Below are positions 63,053 through 64,000 of a stretch of DNA of 64,000 bases, in pieces; position 1 is the stretch's first letter; every line of letters starts with the position of its first letter. The stretch is from Azolla caroliniana (lineage: Eukaryota > Plantae > Polypodiophyta), in the NCBI GenBank assembly GCA_043228905.1, contig JBHGNT010000007.1:2046001-2110000 (forward strand), given 5' to 3'. A program made the translations under genes and the position numbers. The notes beneath the pieces were generated by a model that did not search any database, was not told where the DNA came from, and saw only the letters and a list, made by a program, of their open reading frames with translations.

Positions 63053-63221
63053 ATTAATAGCGTCATTAATCATGATGAACATAGGGGTAAGTTCAATTAT
63101 TTTTAATATGATGAGCATATGCATCATCTAAATACAGATTTTAGGCAATATAAATCCTAAATCTTTGGTGTTCTTATTATTGATCATGATAGAGCTCAAT
63201 TATAATGGGCACTTTCAATGC
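63053..63221 (+). repeat. Partial duplicate of the DUF599-like locus (56951-57119)
   Basis: tcatgatgaacatagg..gatgagca.atgc.tcat..tacagatttta.gcaatataaatcctaaa..gttcttattattgat.atgataga.ctcaattataatgggcact.tcaatgcc shared. Confidence 0.85.
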
Positions 63222-63811
63222 CTGCATGTTCTACATTGTATGAAACTAACAGAAGTAGGCAATGTAATGTATGAAAGTCAAATATTCACCCAAAATCGCA
63301 ACCATATGAAAACTATTTTAATATGAAAACGTTTTTGAAGGTCAGAGAAAAGTTATGGTATTGTCTGTCCTTCCATTGTGCTATATTATAATTTCCTGTT
63401 CTTCATTCCATTGCATTCCTTCCTCCCTCTCGCCAGCTTGCAAATTTTTTCATAATCCAATCGTATATCTCGTAATCCCCTTAAATTGGGAACAATGCTC
63501 CCCAGGAATATGGAGGATTCGGCATAATTCTTGATGTTGGTAATAACTCCCAAATAACTGCAAACATTTGAAAGCTCTTAAGGGCTGGAAATTTGAGGAA
63601 TCTATTATCAATTATTAATTGATATAATAATCACAACTATACAATTGTATAACTAATAGAATGAGTTTTTTGTTTTGGAAAAAGAAAACATTCAAAGAAA
63701 TGAGCACTCCAAAGGACTAGAGAAACATACATGGCACAAACATTAGAAATCACTTTAGGATTTTCATATTTGGGCAATTATATCATATAATAATAAAGTG
63801 GCATAAGTCTG

Positions 63812-63917
63812 CCTAAGGTGATTACAAATAAAAAGTGAGAGAAACGTAAGGTGATTACAAACAAAAAGTGAGAGAAACCTAAGGCGATTACAAATAAAAA
63901 GAAAGAGAAACCTAAGG
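63812..63917. repeat. 33-bp tandem repeat, ~3 copies
   Basis: taaggtgattacaaa(t/c)aaaaagtgagagaaac(g/c) repeated. Confidence 0.9.
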
Positions 63918-64000
63918 ATATAATGGACATAATATGAAAATCCTGATATAATATGAATGTTATACCATGTTATTGATATTATAAAAAGCAAGAGAAACGT

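Overview
AT-rich eukaryotic DNA from a land plant (spliceosomal introns, plant-type ACLB and DUF599 genes, Ty1/copia elements primed by tRNA-iMet). A non-seed plant such as a bryophyte is plausible but is inference only. Left part (1-30 kb): a near full-length ORF1+ORF2 LINE (APE-RT-CCHC, RTEX-like) sits head-to-head with an RFC5-type clamp-loader gene (9 exons, one GC-AG intron, one U12-type intron). These are followed by ATP-citrate lyase B (15 coding exons), two tandem DUF599 genes and old L1-like remnants. Middle part (31-56.6 kb): a nest of at least six copia elements or fragments and three more copies of the same LINE family, with TSDs that give the order of several insertions. Right part: a strongly diverged DUF599-like copy and a local repeat family with a ~70-bp tandem array. 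The most notable observation is that LINE ORF1 and ORF2 are in the same frame, separated only by UGA-CGG and followed by a by-eye extended hairpin. This suggests either stop-codon readthrough or an ancestrally fused single ORF. All alignments, folds and coordinates were done by eye.
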